Origin: Eledone cirrhosa
Taxonomy: Eukaryota
Direction of reading: 5' to 3'
DNA: 64,000 nucleotides
Assembly: GCA_964016885.1 (NCBI GenBank)
Contig: OZ024740.1
Span: 379,502,001 to 379,566,000 of the forward strand
Positions 52,865 to 64,000 of the stretch are shown here, in pieces; positions within the stretch are counted from its first letter, which is position 1; every line of letters starts with the position of its first letter. The position numbers and the translations under genes were made by a program. The notes under the pieces were generated by a model. It was given only the letters and a program-made list of their open reading frames with translations, was not told the origin of the DNA and did no database searches.

Positions 52865-53163
52865 AATTGTTTCTACATTAGGCACAAGGCCAGCAATTAC
52901 TCAGTGTATTACTGGTACTTTATTTTATCGACCCCGTAAGGATAAAAGGCAAAGTTAACCTCGGCGGGATTAATATAATAATATAATAATATAATAATAT
53001 AATAATATATTAATATAATAATATAATGCTTACATAATGAAAACACATAATTGTTTCTACTTTTGGCACAAGGCCAGCAAATAACTAGTACATTACTGGT
53101 ACTTTATTTTATCGACCTCGCAAGGGTGAAAGGCAAAGTTAACCTCGCCGGGATTTGAACTCA
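52865..53163 (-). mobile_element. Two truncated Meta-type SINEs in (ATATA)n-rich DNA
   Basis: Family consensus at 52865-52972 and 53049-53163. Confidence 0.75.
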
Positions 53164-53418
53164 TATCGTATAATGAAAACACATAATACCTAGAAATATA
53201 AATACGTAAAAGAGAGATAAAAAAAGAAGAAAATAAAAGGTGGGTGGCAATTCACCAATAAGTGCGACAATTGGTCTTTTATGTGTAGCATCTCCTCTGG
53301 ACGATAAAGTTTTGAAACGTTTACCTATTTTCATGAAATAAAATATAAACACGCTTATAGTTACTTCCCTTGAAAGAAATCTTTTGCAAAGAAAAATAAT
53401 TTATGTTGTTTAATGGTG

Positions 53419-53428
53419 TTGGCGGGAA
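53419..53428 (+). promoter_or_regulatory. Putative E2F binding site
   Basis: TTGGCGGGAA about 110 bp upstream of the ATG of a probable DNA replication gene. Confidence 0.5.
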
Positions 53429-53535
53429 TTTTCATCTTTACGAGAATCCCTATTTATACCCTTTAAAATTTACTTACCTCTCAGCTGTTTGCTTTTTATT
53501 GGATCTGATATAATTGTTAATATCAATAAGGAAAC

Positions 53536-53552
53536 ATGCAGGCGTTTATTAC
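53536..53552 (+). CDS. LIG1: Probable DNA ligase 1, first coding exon (17 nt)
   Basis: ATGCAGGCGTTTATTAC|GTATGT; spliced to 58216 it gives MQAFITSYF, an N-terminal PCNA PIP box like the LIG1 MQRSIMSFF. Confidence 0.6.
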
Positions 53553-54069
53553 GTATGTATATTTATATATGTAATATATATTGTAATCACCAACATAATG
53601 TTTTAATGCGATGCTTTTATTTAACACTTGTAAATATTAGTTTTATATATTAAAATTGATTTTTTTAAAAATATAAAACTAAAATTATACATTATATTAT
53701 TTAAAAAAATGAAAATTCTCTTGAGAAAATTGTTATCAAATAAAAATGTATGATTGTCATTGATTTTAGACGAAATATGTATATTTCCAGACAAACCTTT
53801 CAATGAAGCGTTTTTGTTTGATTCACAAACAGATATATCGATAGATATCTTATAAATGTTACTAACCCCTAAATAAATTATTTGTACTGATTGATATATC
53901 TTGATTTTATCACCTATTATTCTTAACACATACCATAGCCTTTTGAAAACTTCGATATGAGTTATTTTTCTTTAATGTTCCGCTCCTTCACTCGGCGATG
54001 TTGTATAGGTATTTGAATATCAAACCTACAATTTGTATTTGAATATCAAACCTACAAAATGTCTCATCT

Positions 54070-54387
54070 GAGACCTCACAGCCAGTGGCTTTTGCTCGTT
54101 CCCACATCCAGGATGCTGCGGTAAAAGTGGTTTCATTGCTTCCATAGCCGAACGGAATAAAATTCTAAAATACCCGGAATTACCGGCAAACTATTTTCCA
54201 GTCTGTGGTGTTCGTGACCTTTGGAGGAGCTGGGCCGCTGACAACGAAGTTCTTGTCATCGCTGGCGGCTCGCCTTACCGAGGTGTCAGGTGGTGATGGT
54301 GAAGTTGCTTGGTTGTTCCAGCGCTTTAGCCACGCCAGCACACGCGGTAATACGGCGAGTGTGTTGATTTACCTCGAAAAGTATTGA
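54070..54387 (+). mobile_element. CRE-clade non-LTR retrotransposon 3' remnant
   Basis: AERNKILKY...TFGGAGP..KFLSSLAARL..GDGEVAWLFQRFS...RGNTASVL. Confidence 0.65.
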
Positions 54388-57372
54388 GATAGGCTCTGGC
54401 ACACTTTGTGAGCGATTGACTTCGTACTTTCATTTTGAAATTATATTTTTTCAGGCGAAATATTTTATGTAATATATTGCATATATTTGTGTGTGTATAG
54501 AATCCCAAACGGCTTCCCCGAATAAGCACCACATCAAGAATATTTTGAGTGTAGTTCTTTGTTTATTGAGACCTTAGTTGAACGACTACCACTGACAATT
54601 TAATGTTTTCGGACAAGATAACTAGATGGGAAATAACTTTCAAAGCTATATTGGCTAATTGAAAGAGCACCAATAATAATAATTTCCTACACAGTTACAA
54701 GCCAAATATTTGATGCCGGGAGGGAACAGTCGATTAAATCGACCCTAGTTGTTGACTGGTGCTTTATTTTACCGTCCCCATAAGGATGAGAAGCAACGTT
54801 GACCTCAGCAGGTTGAAACTTCAAATGTCAAGAGCCAGAACAAATATTTAAAAATAATTTATTCGTTATCAGCTGTTTGTTCTTCATTTATGTAACATTT
54901 CATTTATAAGGAAATAAGAATTGCAACAAGTTGTTTCACTACTGTACCCAAAATATTTGTTCAGTACTTAGTCCATGCATTTAGATGAGATGAGATCATG
55001 TAGACAAAAAACTTATTAGGATAGGGTATGGTTCTATAAAAAAAGTGTTAGATGAAGATGCTAAGAACTGGGTTGATGGAGTGAAGCTATAAGAAATGAG
55101 AGGCGTTAGTTTTCAGGTTTACATGGGCAGTGACCGTTTTCGTTATATTAATGAATCACGTGGAGGGTTTTTTTCTTTTTTTTTGATAGTGTACAATATA
55201 TGTATATGTGTAACATCTCTACTGTACCGGCTATAATCTACTTGTTCAGATGGTTTTAGTTAATATGTAATATTCTGGTTGATCATGTACTAAATATCTA
55301 TTTACCAGTTAGATTCTGCACTAAATTATTGTCCAGGACAACAATATCAACACCACAAGAGGAAACTTCTGCGCTGTGGCTCGACCTGCTAGAAGTAGCA
55401 GTCAAATCTTCCACAAAGCCTACTTTACACTCTTTTTAAAAATGACAAATTGTCTAAATGTAAACAAAATTATCAAAACTGGCAGTGCAATCAAGGTTGA
55501 CCTCGGGGCTGAAAAACATCTTCCCTGCTTGCTATTTTTAGATTGTCAACATCCCATAAGGGAATTTTTGTCTACCTATTGCCTGGATAATCGTAGTAGA
55601 CAGCATTTTTTAAAACTATATTACACTAGATCGCATATATGGGCTCTATCATAAGAAACATATCATATTTATAGTTAGTTTGCAGAACGTTAACCTAAAA
55701 TCTTCTCAGTGATATTGTTGGTGAAAGAAAACATAAAATATTGATCTAGATTATTGTATTTGTTATGAAAAGGGTATTTAAAAATTTTTGGGTGTGTATT
55801 ACGCTTAAGTTGTAAAACACAATATCATTTGATATTAGCAAAGTATTTGACAAGTGTTGCATACAAACTCCCTTTGGATTATTTCAGAAACAATATTTTC
55901 ACTGTTAATATTATAACCATTTGTATTATTGGTGCTCTTTTGATTAATCTTTCACTCCATCAACTCTACAATTTTCCCCATAGACCATCTACTTATTTCT
56001 CTTTCTCTTCACTAATAACTATTTAATTACTCATCATAATCTTAGCTCTCCTGTAAATGATACAATTCTCTATTTTTCTGTTTCCTAAAAACCTAACATC
56101 TTGTTTCTTATTATCACCATCTTCTGCTACCATCGACCTCATCCCTCACAAATATTTCAAGAAACGATCGTTTGGTTAGCATTCCTGGCTAAATGCCATA
56201 TAGTATTTAGTTATCTCCCTTCACATTTTGAGTTCAAATTCCATTGAAGTTGATCTTACCTTCTCTTCTTCAGGAGTTGATAAGTAGTATCATTCAAATA
56301 GTGGTGTCAGTTAAATTGATTATAATTCTGACTCTAATTTGTAGCTTTGTGCCAGGCATTCAAAACCCTCTATTAATTAAGCATTCGATAGAGTAGGAGT
56401 GGTGATGGCATTGGGTGTACACTCCCTTTTAGCAGACTTTCAGGTTAGTGTATACAGATAATACTCCCAAATTATTGACCTGGTAGTGTTGCTGTTAGTT
56501 TGAGTATACTGTAAAGGTATGGCAATGATATTAGTTGGACATGTCAAGATGGGGAGAACAACAAAACTGTTCTCCATTTAGTGTTGGTGAATTTTTAACC
56601 AGTTGCCATTTGTAGTAAGACAGATCTGGATTTCATCTGAGTTTATGATGAACATTTCCCTGCTGCATTCCTTTAGCATGGTGGGCCAGACAGTTTTTCT
56701 TTGATATGCAGGACTGTATGTAGGTGAGATGCAAGTTCCCCTGGTCCTTCTGAGAGGGCAGTAGCTCTGCTTAAGTACGGACTCAGTCGGTGAAGACCCA
56801 TCCAACCCTTGCTAACTGGGAAGATGCATCCTAATTGATGATGCTGATATTGGCTATAGTGAAAAAGCTTTAATTAGACAAAATTAAAAGGGCTAAAGAC
56901 AAACCCCTTTCTGTCCTACTACTTTAAATACTACTGAAAGGTGAAAGTGGTAAGGAAAGTATTTTTTCCAATAAATTTTATGAAAAGTAGGTGGGAATGA
57001 CAAGTTTGGTGTGGAGGAAAATATTGACTCTTAAGTGTCGAATGATGAATGCTGAAATGAAAGTAGAAGGTGGTTAAGATTTTGGTGTGCCTTGATCTCC
57101 TGTTATTGGCTGTTCATTTTTCTTTTTGTTTGTTTATAATTCTAATGTTTCTTTTTAGCAAAATAAGAACATTGTTATTATTTGAGCACTGAATATTTTA
57201 TTAAGATTTTAGAGAAAGGGCGGAGAATGCAGGACCCCAGCTTGTCGGAGCACTCGGTAGAGTGTGGGAATGTATGTAGGTGAGATGCAAGCTCCCCTGA
57301 TCCTTCTGAGTCTATTAGATAACAAGAGAGGAAAACTGCAATTAAGCTGTGCAAAAGGTGAAATTCAAATTG

Positions 57373-57590
57373 TTATGTTGCAAAAGATGTGTTAGTTGTG
57401 TCCTGGGAAATGAAATCCAGCTGCATTTCTCTAGGAGATCGTCTATCTGGTTTTGAATGAATGGCATTGGTTAGTGGCTTATGATTAATTAATATGAAGA
57501 ATTCTCTGCTTTCTAGATGATGATAGAAATGTCTATGAGTGTATATACAATTTCTGCACAGTGATGTCAGTAGAGGTTGAGTTCCCAAAA
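57373..57590 (-). mobile_element. Ty3/gypsy RNase H remnant
   Basis: RHFYHHLESREFFILINHKPL..AIHSKPDRRSPREM.QLDFISQ matches the gypsy F.I.TDHKPL motif. Confidence 0.7.
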
Positions 57591-58215
57591 TTCTTGAAGC
57601 TTCCTTAAAGACATATGTAGTAGAGTGGGATTTGAGAGTGATTTGGCTGCTATTTTTAACAGGGAGAATGGTAAAAAAGATGGCTTATTTATTAGTTGGA
57701 TCCATGAATTACTGTGTTTGTAATTTTAGATGGTAAAGTCTCATTTTGAAATCATTAATATCACTTTAAAGTCACATATAGTGAACAGGAGGCAAGAAAC
57801 TAAGAGAGGGCACTTTTGAGACCTTTGTTAAAACCGGTTTTCTCCTGAATTACTCTAGGTGTTGTTTTTCTCCTCTATTGGGGTCTCTTATATGTTGAGA
57901 TTTATTATCTAATTTTATTGAATTTGCTTTCTTTGTACTTCATATAAACCCCATAGTATTGTTTTTCATCTTTGTTCTGTTCCCAATGTCTTACTTAGGC
58001 TTTTGTGCTAATATAATAAATTAGAATTTGTATTTTTCACTATCTTTATTATAAGCTTTCACTGCAACTGAGTATTTTGTTTTATTTTTTCTTTTCTTTT
58101 GCAAGTAATCTGTAATATGTGTGAAATGCCTAGTAATGTGATTTTCTATATATTATGTATATGTCTTGTAACACTGTTGCTAAGGTTTCCACATTTTCTT
58201 ACATTATTGTTGTAG

Positions 58216-58317
58216 GTCCTATTTCAACTCATCTCAAAACGTTCTACGTGCATCTGATACTGAGAACATTGAAACAAGCAGTACAGATGTAACAAAAAAA
58301 GAAAGTAATTCCAAAAA
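58216..58317 (+). CDS. LIG1: Probable DNA ligase 1, coding exon 2
   Basis: AG/GT bounded, phase 2-2, SYFNSSQNVLRASDTENIETSSTDVTKKESNSK. Confidence 0.6.
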
Positions 58318-59115
58318 GTAAGATTATATAATTTATTAAAAAAATGTTTTTTTTTCTATTATGCTTAACATCCTGTAATTTAGTGTGAAGGGTGTGCATG
58401 GGTTGGATGGGGAAGGTGAATCAGAAGCTTCACCCTAGCTTTCCACACTGCCATGGTTTGGATGCGGATGTGGGGTGCAATTTAATGTAGTAGAATTGAG
58501 AATATACTGGCAGCCAGGGTAGACTTTTACAGTCTATTACTCTCTTGATTCACTACTTGAAGTGATCCAACCTCCCTCTAGTTTGTTCTTGTTATTTAGT
58601 CCCAGATCAGCTCTGATTGAGAAAATCTATAATCAAAAGCATTCCAGCTCTGATTATTTCATCTTTTTTTTTTCCAGATGTAGGTGTACTTAATAGCTTT
58701 TTTTTTTAAGGTAATAGAGTGTGTGATTTGAGGGTGATTTGGCTGCTAGTTTTAATAGGTAGAGTGACTGCAAAGAGGCTGCCCTGTTGGATTGATCCTT
58801 ATTTGTTTATGTATATGTGTAGTAGCTAACAAAGGAGCCTCTACATGGTCTTTCAGCCTACTAGGAATAGCAATCAAATATCCCTAAAATCAGACCCTAC
58901 TGTCTTAAAAAGGGAAGGACACATTGCACAATGTAGTCCTAGATATAAGATATACTAAAAGACAAGGTTATGGCTGGACTGCCTTTTATCAAAGGTCTGC
59001 TTAGTCAGAGGTGATTTGCGTTTAAGCATGTATATGTACATTTGCACTGAAGTAGATATGTATGTGTTTATGTGTGTATGTAGTTTTTAATTCATTAAGG
59101 TCCTGATTATTGCAG

Positions 59116-59350
59116 GAAAGTTAAAAAAGAAGTGCCAACAGTTAATAAGTGCTCAGACAGTCCTGTCCAAAAGAAGAAGAAGAGAAGTAAATGTATCATT
59201 GAGAGTGATGACGAAGAAACTGGCAATGACAGTGAAAATGAATCCCACAAGAAAGTGGATGACAATGGTAAAGATGATGTTGATAAAGGAAGATCTGATA
59301 GTGATAAGTCAGAAGCTGGAGGATCAGAGAATGAAGAACTGAAAGAAGAG
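59116..59350 (+). CDS. LIG1: Probable DNA ligase 1, coding exon 3 (gene continues beyond the window)
   Basis: AG/GT bounded and in frame; DSPVQKKKKRSKCIIESDDEE resembles the LIG1 N-terminal CDK site/NLS/acidic region. The catalytic domain is not in the window. Confidence 0.6.
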
Positions 59351-61029
59351 GTAATAGATGACTTTATTATTATTAAAATAAAGAAATCATTATTATTATT
59401 ATATATAGTATTTAATCCTTTCCTTACCAAATTTCTAATGTAAAACTGCCTGTGGTTTTCAAATAATTTTGAAAATAATCAAGAATTTAGAGGTGTTTAG
59501 TAATATAACTAATTTTCTTCTGGTGTTTGAAGCATGGAAAAAATGACCTTGATAAGATACTGCCTGAGGTTTTCAAATTAAATTTGAAATCCAGAATTTA
59601 GAAGGATTTAATAATAAAACTAACTTATTATTAAACTAGTGTTTGAAACCTAACTTAATGGTTCTTACATAAAATTATGGTGGAAGGTTTTTTAGATAAA
59701 TATAAACATTTTTTAATAAACAACTTTATATTGTAGATCTAGGAGCATTTTGGTATCAAAATGGTTAATAGTATATTAGTATTTAATTTTATCTTTTCGT
59801 TTTTCGTTTTCAAATTTTGTCATGGTTGACTTTTCCTGTGACTTCTTGTGGCACCAATTAACCCTTTAGCATTAAAACCGGCTGTATCCAGTCAACATTC
59901 TCTCACCTCTTTCTGTTTAAACTTGCCATAACCAGCCGCTTATACCAATGTTAAGGTATTGTTCTCAAAATGAATAATATCAAAATCTCAGATTTGATAT
60001 TATGCGAGGTAAAGCCTTTACTGCAAAAATATAATACTATATATAGAGTAATGTAAATGCTAAAGAGTTAAATGTATTTTTCTGAAATAGAAAAATGTTA
60101 ATCTTCATAATTTTTAGGGGAATATATTGACAATACTCTCCTCTCTCTCATTTGATTTTGACAAACTTATATACACACTTGCAGTATTTAGTTATGGATT
60201 TAGTAAGTCAATAAATCAAAATTATTAGAAATTGGTACCAAATCATTTAGCAATATTATCTAAGGCAATGATTCTATTCAGGAGTTGAGTGTCAGTGATA
60301 CAATAGTTAACATGATTGGCATTCAAATCAGAAACCATCATACTATTCAGGGGGAGATTATCGATCATGAAATTGGGAACTAAAACTGTCACAAACTTTC
60401 GTCTATATTACTCTCCAACAAGGATTAAAGAATATCTCATTTAATCAGGAAGCTTTGCTACATATATTTATAAACAAGACAACAATAGAATTTTGTTATT
60501 AATGTTTTATTTAAATGTTAGGTTGTAGGTTCTATATGTCTGATTATGTATGGTTGCAAAACAAGGGAAATGTATTAGTGTGATGGCTAGAGAAGTACTA
60601 GAAGCTGAGCTTGACCACTTGCATGTATTAGAGATTATTCTACTTACGTTTTGAATTTTTCATGGCATAAAAGAGAAAGGGAAAACCCACGATTGTTTAC
60701 ACTGGGCCTTAGATTGGTGGACAAAAATAGAAGAAACTATTCTCAGACCAGAGGTCTGGTATTAGTACTATCAGTACAGTGTGGCCCATATAACTTATAT
60801 GACAATATCAGGGTAGCTGTCTATTGTTTATTTCTTATCACATTTTGGGAGCATTATTGGTTGTATGTTTTTTCTGGTTCACTGCATTTACGATGCCATG
60901 ACTTACAAAAGAGCATCTCTGCAACTTGGGTGGAAGAGATACCACATGGTGTTTTTGTTCAAATGAACTAGTTTATCAGTTCTCTCCCTAATGTTTACAT
61001 TTTTCAATATTCTGGATTGTAAGGCAGTG

Positions 61030-62320
61030 TGCTAGGGAAAATCAAGATGCCTTTGGGGAAAAGTGTGTTAAAACGACTGTGGTGCACATATTCTCATTCA
61101 TGCTGAAAAGAAGGAAATGTACAAGTGTCATTATGAGAGACTATTAAATAAGGATACTAGGATGGAAGAAGAAGGGGCTATCCCATATAGATGCAACAGA
61201 GGAATTGGTCATCCAAGTTAATAGCTGTATGGTGGATAAGGTAATTATGGATATGAAGACAGGCAAACCAGCTGGAACATCATGGATAGTTGCAGAGATG
61301 CTGAACATATTTGTTATGGCAAGCCACATGCTAGTCACATAGATAGTAAATTAGGTAATACAGGATGACATCTTAACTAATGAGTGGAATAGCATGAACA
61401 TTATTAACTGCTACATTATTAACACGAACATTATTAACTGCAAAGGGGATATGCTAGATATAAAAAAAACATAGAGACACCGTCCTCCACTCCTATCAAT
61501 GCTTTTCTTAGACAGGTTGAGGACATAACAAATGCACTAGTGTTGTTAAGACCATGATAAAATGGACTCAATTCACCCTGTAAGGTGATAGTGCTGGTGC
61601 CACAAAAAATGCTCCCAGAACACAGCAAAGTGGTTGGCATTAGGAAAGGCATCCAGCTGTTGAAACCATGTCAAAATGGAACATATGAGAAAGATATGGT
61701 CATGTGACCTGTTTAGTATAAGAACTTGATAACCTATCTAACCTATGCAATCATGGAAAATAGATGTGAAATTGATGATGACATATACATATATATTCAC
61801 CTTATGAACCTCCCTCCATGCCAGAGGATGAGCTGTGAGTCATCACTTTCTTCCTATCCACAGCAAAAAACACTTCATCTCAATCTCTTTTTCCCCAACA
61901 TATAATGTCTATTGCCACGCATCCCACATAGCCTCTTTCACCATGCTCTCACTCCCCCTCCCAATACTGCTGATGTCTGTTCAGCTGAGACAATTGCCTG
62001 AATATTGCTGTCATGATAAAATGCACGCATTCCACTCTGTAATGTGGTAGTGCTGGTGCCATAATAAAATGCATCCAGTAGAGTGCTGGTGCCATGATAA
62101 ATACCACTCGGTCTATTCAGTAACGTAGTGCTGGTAAGACGATAAAATGCACCCAGTACATGTAGTAAAATGATTGGTATTAGGAATGGCATCCAGCTAT
62201 AGAGACCATCATGCCAAAATAAAACATGAGCAAAACACAGTCACCAAACCTGTCTAACATAACAATCCATGAAACACATACCAACATGGAAAACGGGTGT
62301 AAAATGGTGATGATGATGAT
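61030..62320 (+). mobile_element. Old RTE-group LINE fragments and 3' UTRs with (ATG)n tails
   Basis: MKTGKPAGTSWIVAEML remnant; UTR repeats (GTGCTGGTGCC...AAAATGCAC) shared with 44230-44400. Confidence 0.55.
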
Positions 62321-62344
62321 GGCTCATTATTGAAAGATATACAC

Positions 62345-64000
62345 ATGCAATAACTTACTAAAGGCAACGGATGAGATCTGTGGCTGGAGTAAGACCACAG
62401 GCAGGAGGAGAGTGACTTGGTGGTGGAACAATAAGGTAGATGAGGCAGTTAAGGCCAAGAGACAGGCATGGAAAGAATGGAAGAACGAAGAAAGCAGGGT
62501 ACATTACATAGAGACCAGGAGGGAAGCTAGGCGACAAGTATACTTAGCTAGGAGGGAAGCTGAGGATGGAAAATTCAAGCATGTTTTGCAACGTGAGGAC
62601 CATAAACAGGAGGTGTTCAAGATTGCAAGGCAGTGTGTCAGAGATAGTTGTGATGTCATTGGAGAGAAGTGTATCCGGAAGGATAAAGGTGAGCTTGCCC
62701 TCACAAGTGCTGAGAAGAAAGATGCATGGAAGAGTCATTATGATAGATTACTAAATGAGGAGAATGCATAGGAAGAAGAGACCCTACCCCAAGTAGACCC
62801 TATAGAGGGGCCAGCAATACAAGTCAGCATCAGTGTAGTAAGTAAGGCAATCAAAGATATGAAAACGGGGAAGGTCAATCGGGTATAGCTGCCGAGATGC
62901 TGAAGGCATCTGGGTCGGTAGGTCACACCATAACCACACGTATTGTTAACCAGGTAATACTAGAAGGTGTCATGCCAAAAGATTGGTGCAGTAGCATCAA
63001 TGTCAAGTGCTAAAAAGGTAAAGGTGATGCACTAGATAGAGGAAACTATAGAGGTATAAAGTTGATGGACCAGGTCATGAAAGTAACAGAAAGAGTTATA
63101 GCACAGTTGATTAGGGACTGGGTGAAACTAGATGAGATGCAATTAGGGTTTGTGCCAGGAAGAGGCACCACTGATGCCCTCTTCCTTGTGAGGCAGTTAC
63201 AAGAAAAGTACCTAGCTAAAAGTAAGCCGCTCTACTAGGCATTCGTTGATCTCGAGAAAGCATTTGACAGAGTTCCCCATGCTATAAGCTGATGGGCTCT
63301 TAGAAAACTAGGAATAGATGAATGGTTTGTGAAAGCTGTACAAGCCATTTATAGGGGAGCAGTCAGCAAAGTTAGGATTAGCAATGACTATAGCGAGGAA
63401 TTTAGCGTACAGGTCGGTGTCCACCAGGGCTCTGTTCTTAGCCCTCTCCTGTTCATCATAGTTCTGCAGGCAATAAGGGAGGAGTTTAAGACCGGATGCC
63501 CATGGGAACTCCTGTATACAGATGACCTCGCACTTATAGCTGAATCTATGGTAGAACTAGAGAAGAAATTCCAAACTTGGAAGCAGGGACTAGATAGAAA
63601 GGGTCTCAGGGTCAACCTGACAAAGACTAAGGTCCTTGTAAGTAGACGAGAAAACAGAACCCAGATCCCCTCAGGGAAATGGCCTTGCTCAGTATGTAGG
63701 GAAGGTGTAGGTAGGAACTCCATTCTCTGCCCCAAATGCAAACAATGGGTACACAAGAGATGTAGTGGGATCTCAGGAAGCTTAACTAAGAATGTAGGCT
63801 TCACATGTAGCAGCTGTGCTGGGACAGCAAGCAGCAAACAGCCACAGGAAACAAGTACCACCAAACTCTGGGAGGGCTCTGTAGAAACAGTAGACAACTT
63901 CTGCTACGTAGGTGACCAAATTAGCAGCGGGGGTGGGTGTTCGGAAAGTACAATAACTAGGGTAAGAACGGGATGGAAGAAGTTCAGGGAGCTACTGCCA
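62345..64000 (+). mobile_element. RTE-group LINE pseudo-copy (runs off the window)
   Basis: TWWWNNKVDEAVKAKR, RT motifs and PHD-like finger closely similar to 44449-46350, with several stop codons. Confidence 0.9.

Overview
AT-rich, repeat-dense eukaryotic DNA. The SINE/RTE/microsatellite repertoire suggests an octopus-like cephalopod (inference). The window holds a complete 7-exon sulfamidase gene (SGSH, + strand, 26807-49704, 517 aa) and the first three coding exons of a probable DNA ligase 1 gene (53536 onward). Mobile DNA includes a young non-autonomous LTR element plus a solo LTR, a full-length frameshifted Tx1-type LINE plus three truncated copies stacked in (TCTA)n, a Penelope-like element (PLE) with hammerhead ribozymes, RTE/CR1/CRE remnants, hAT and mariner MITEs and tRNA-derived SINEs. 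The most striking feature is a 4.1-kb insertion in SGSH intron 2 (34101-38210). It has about 8.4 nearly identical 469-bp tandem units, and each full unit carries a type I hammerhead ribozyme on the gene's sense strand. It also has a fold-back 5' end and a 13-bp target-site duplication, so it is a candidate retrozyme (circular-RNA retroelement), probably mobilised by a PLE. All calls were made by eye without database searches; boundaries of decayed repeats are approximate.
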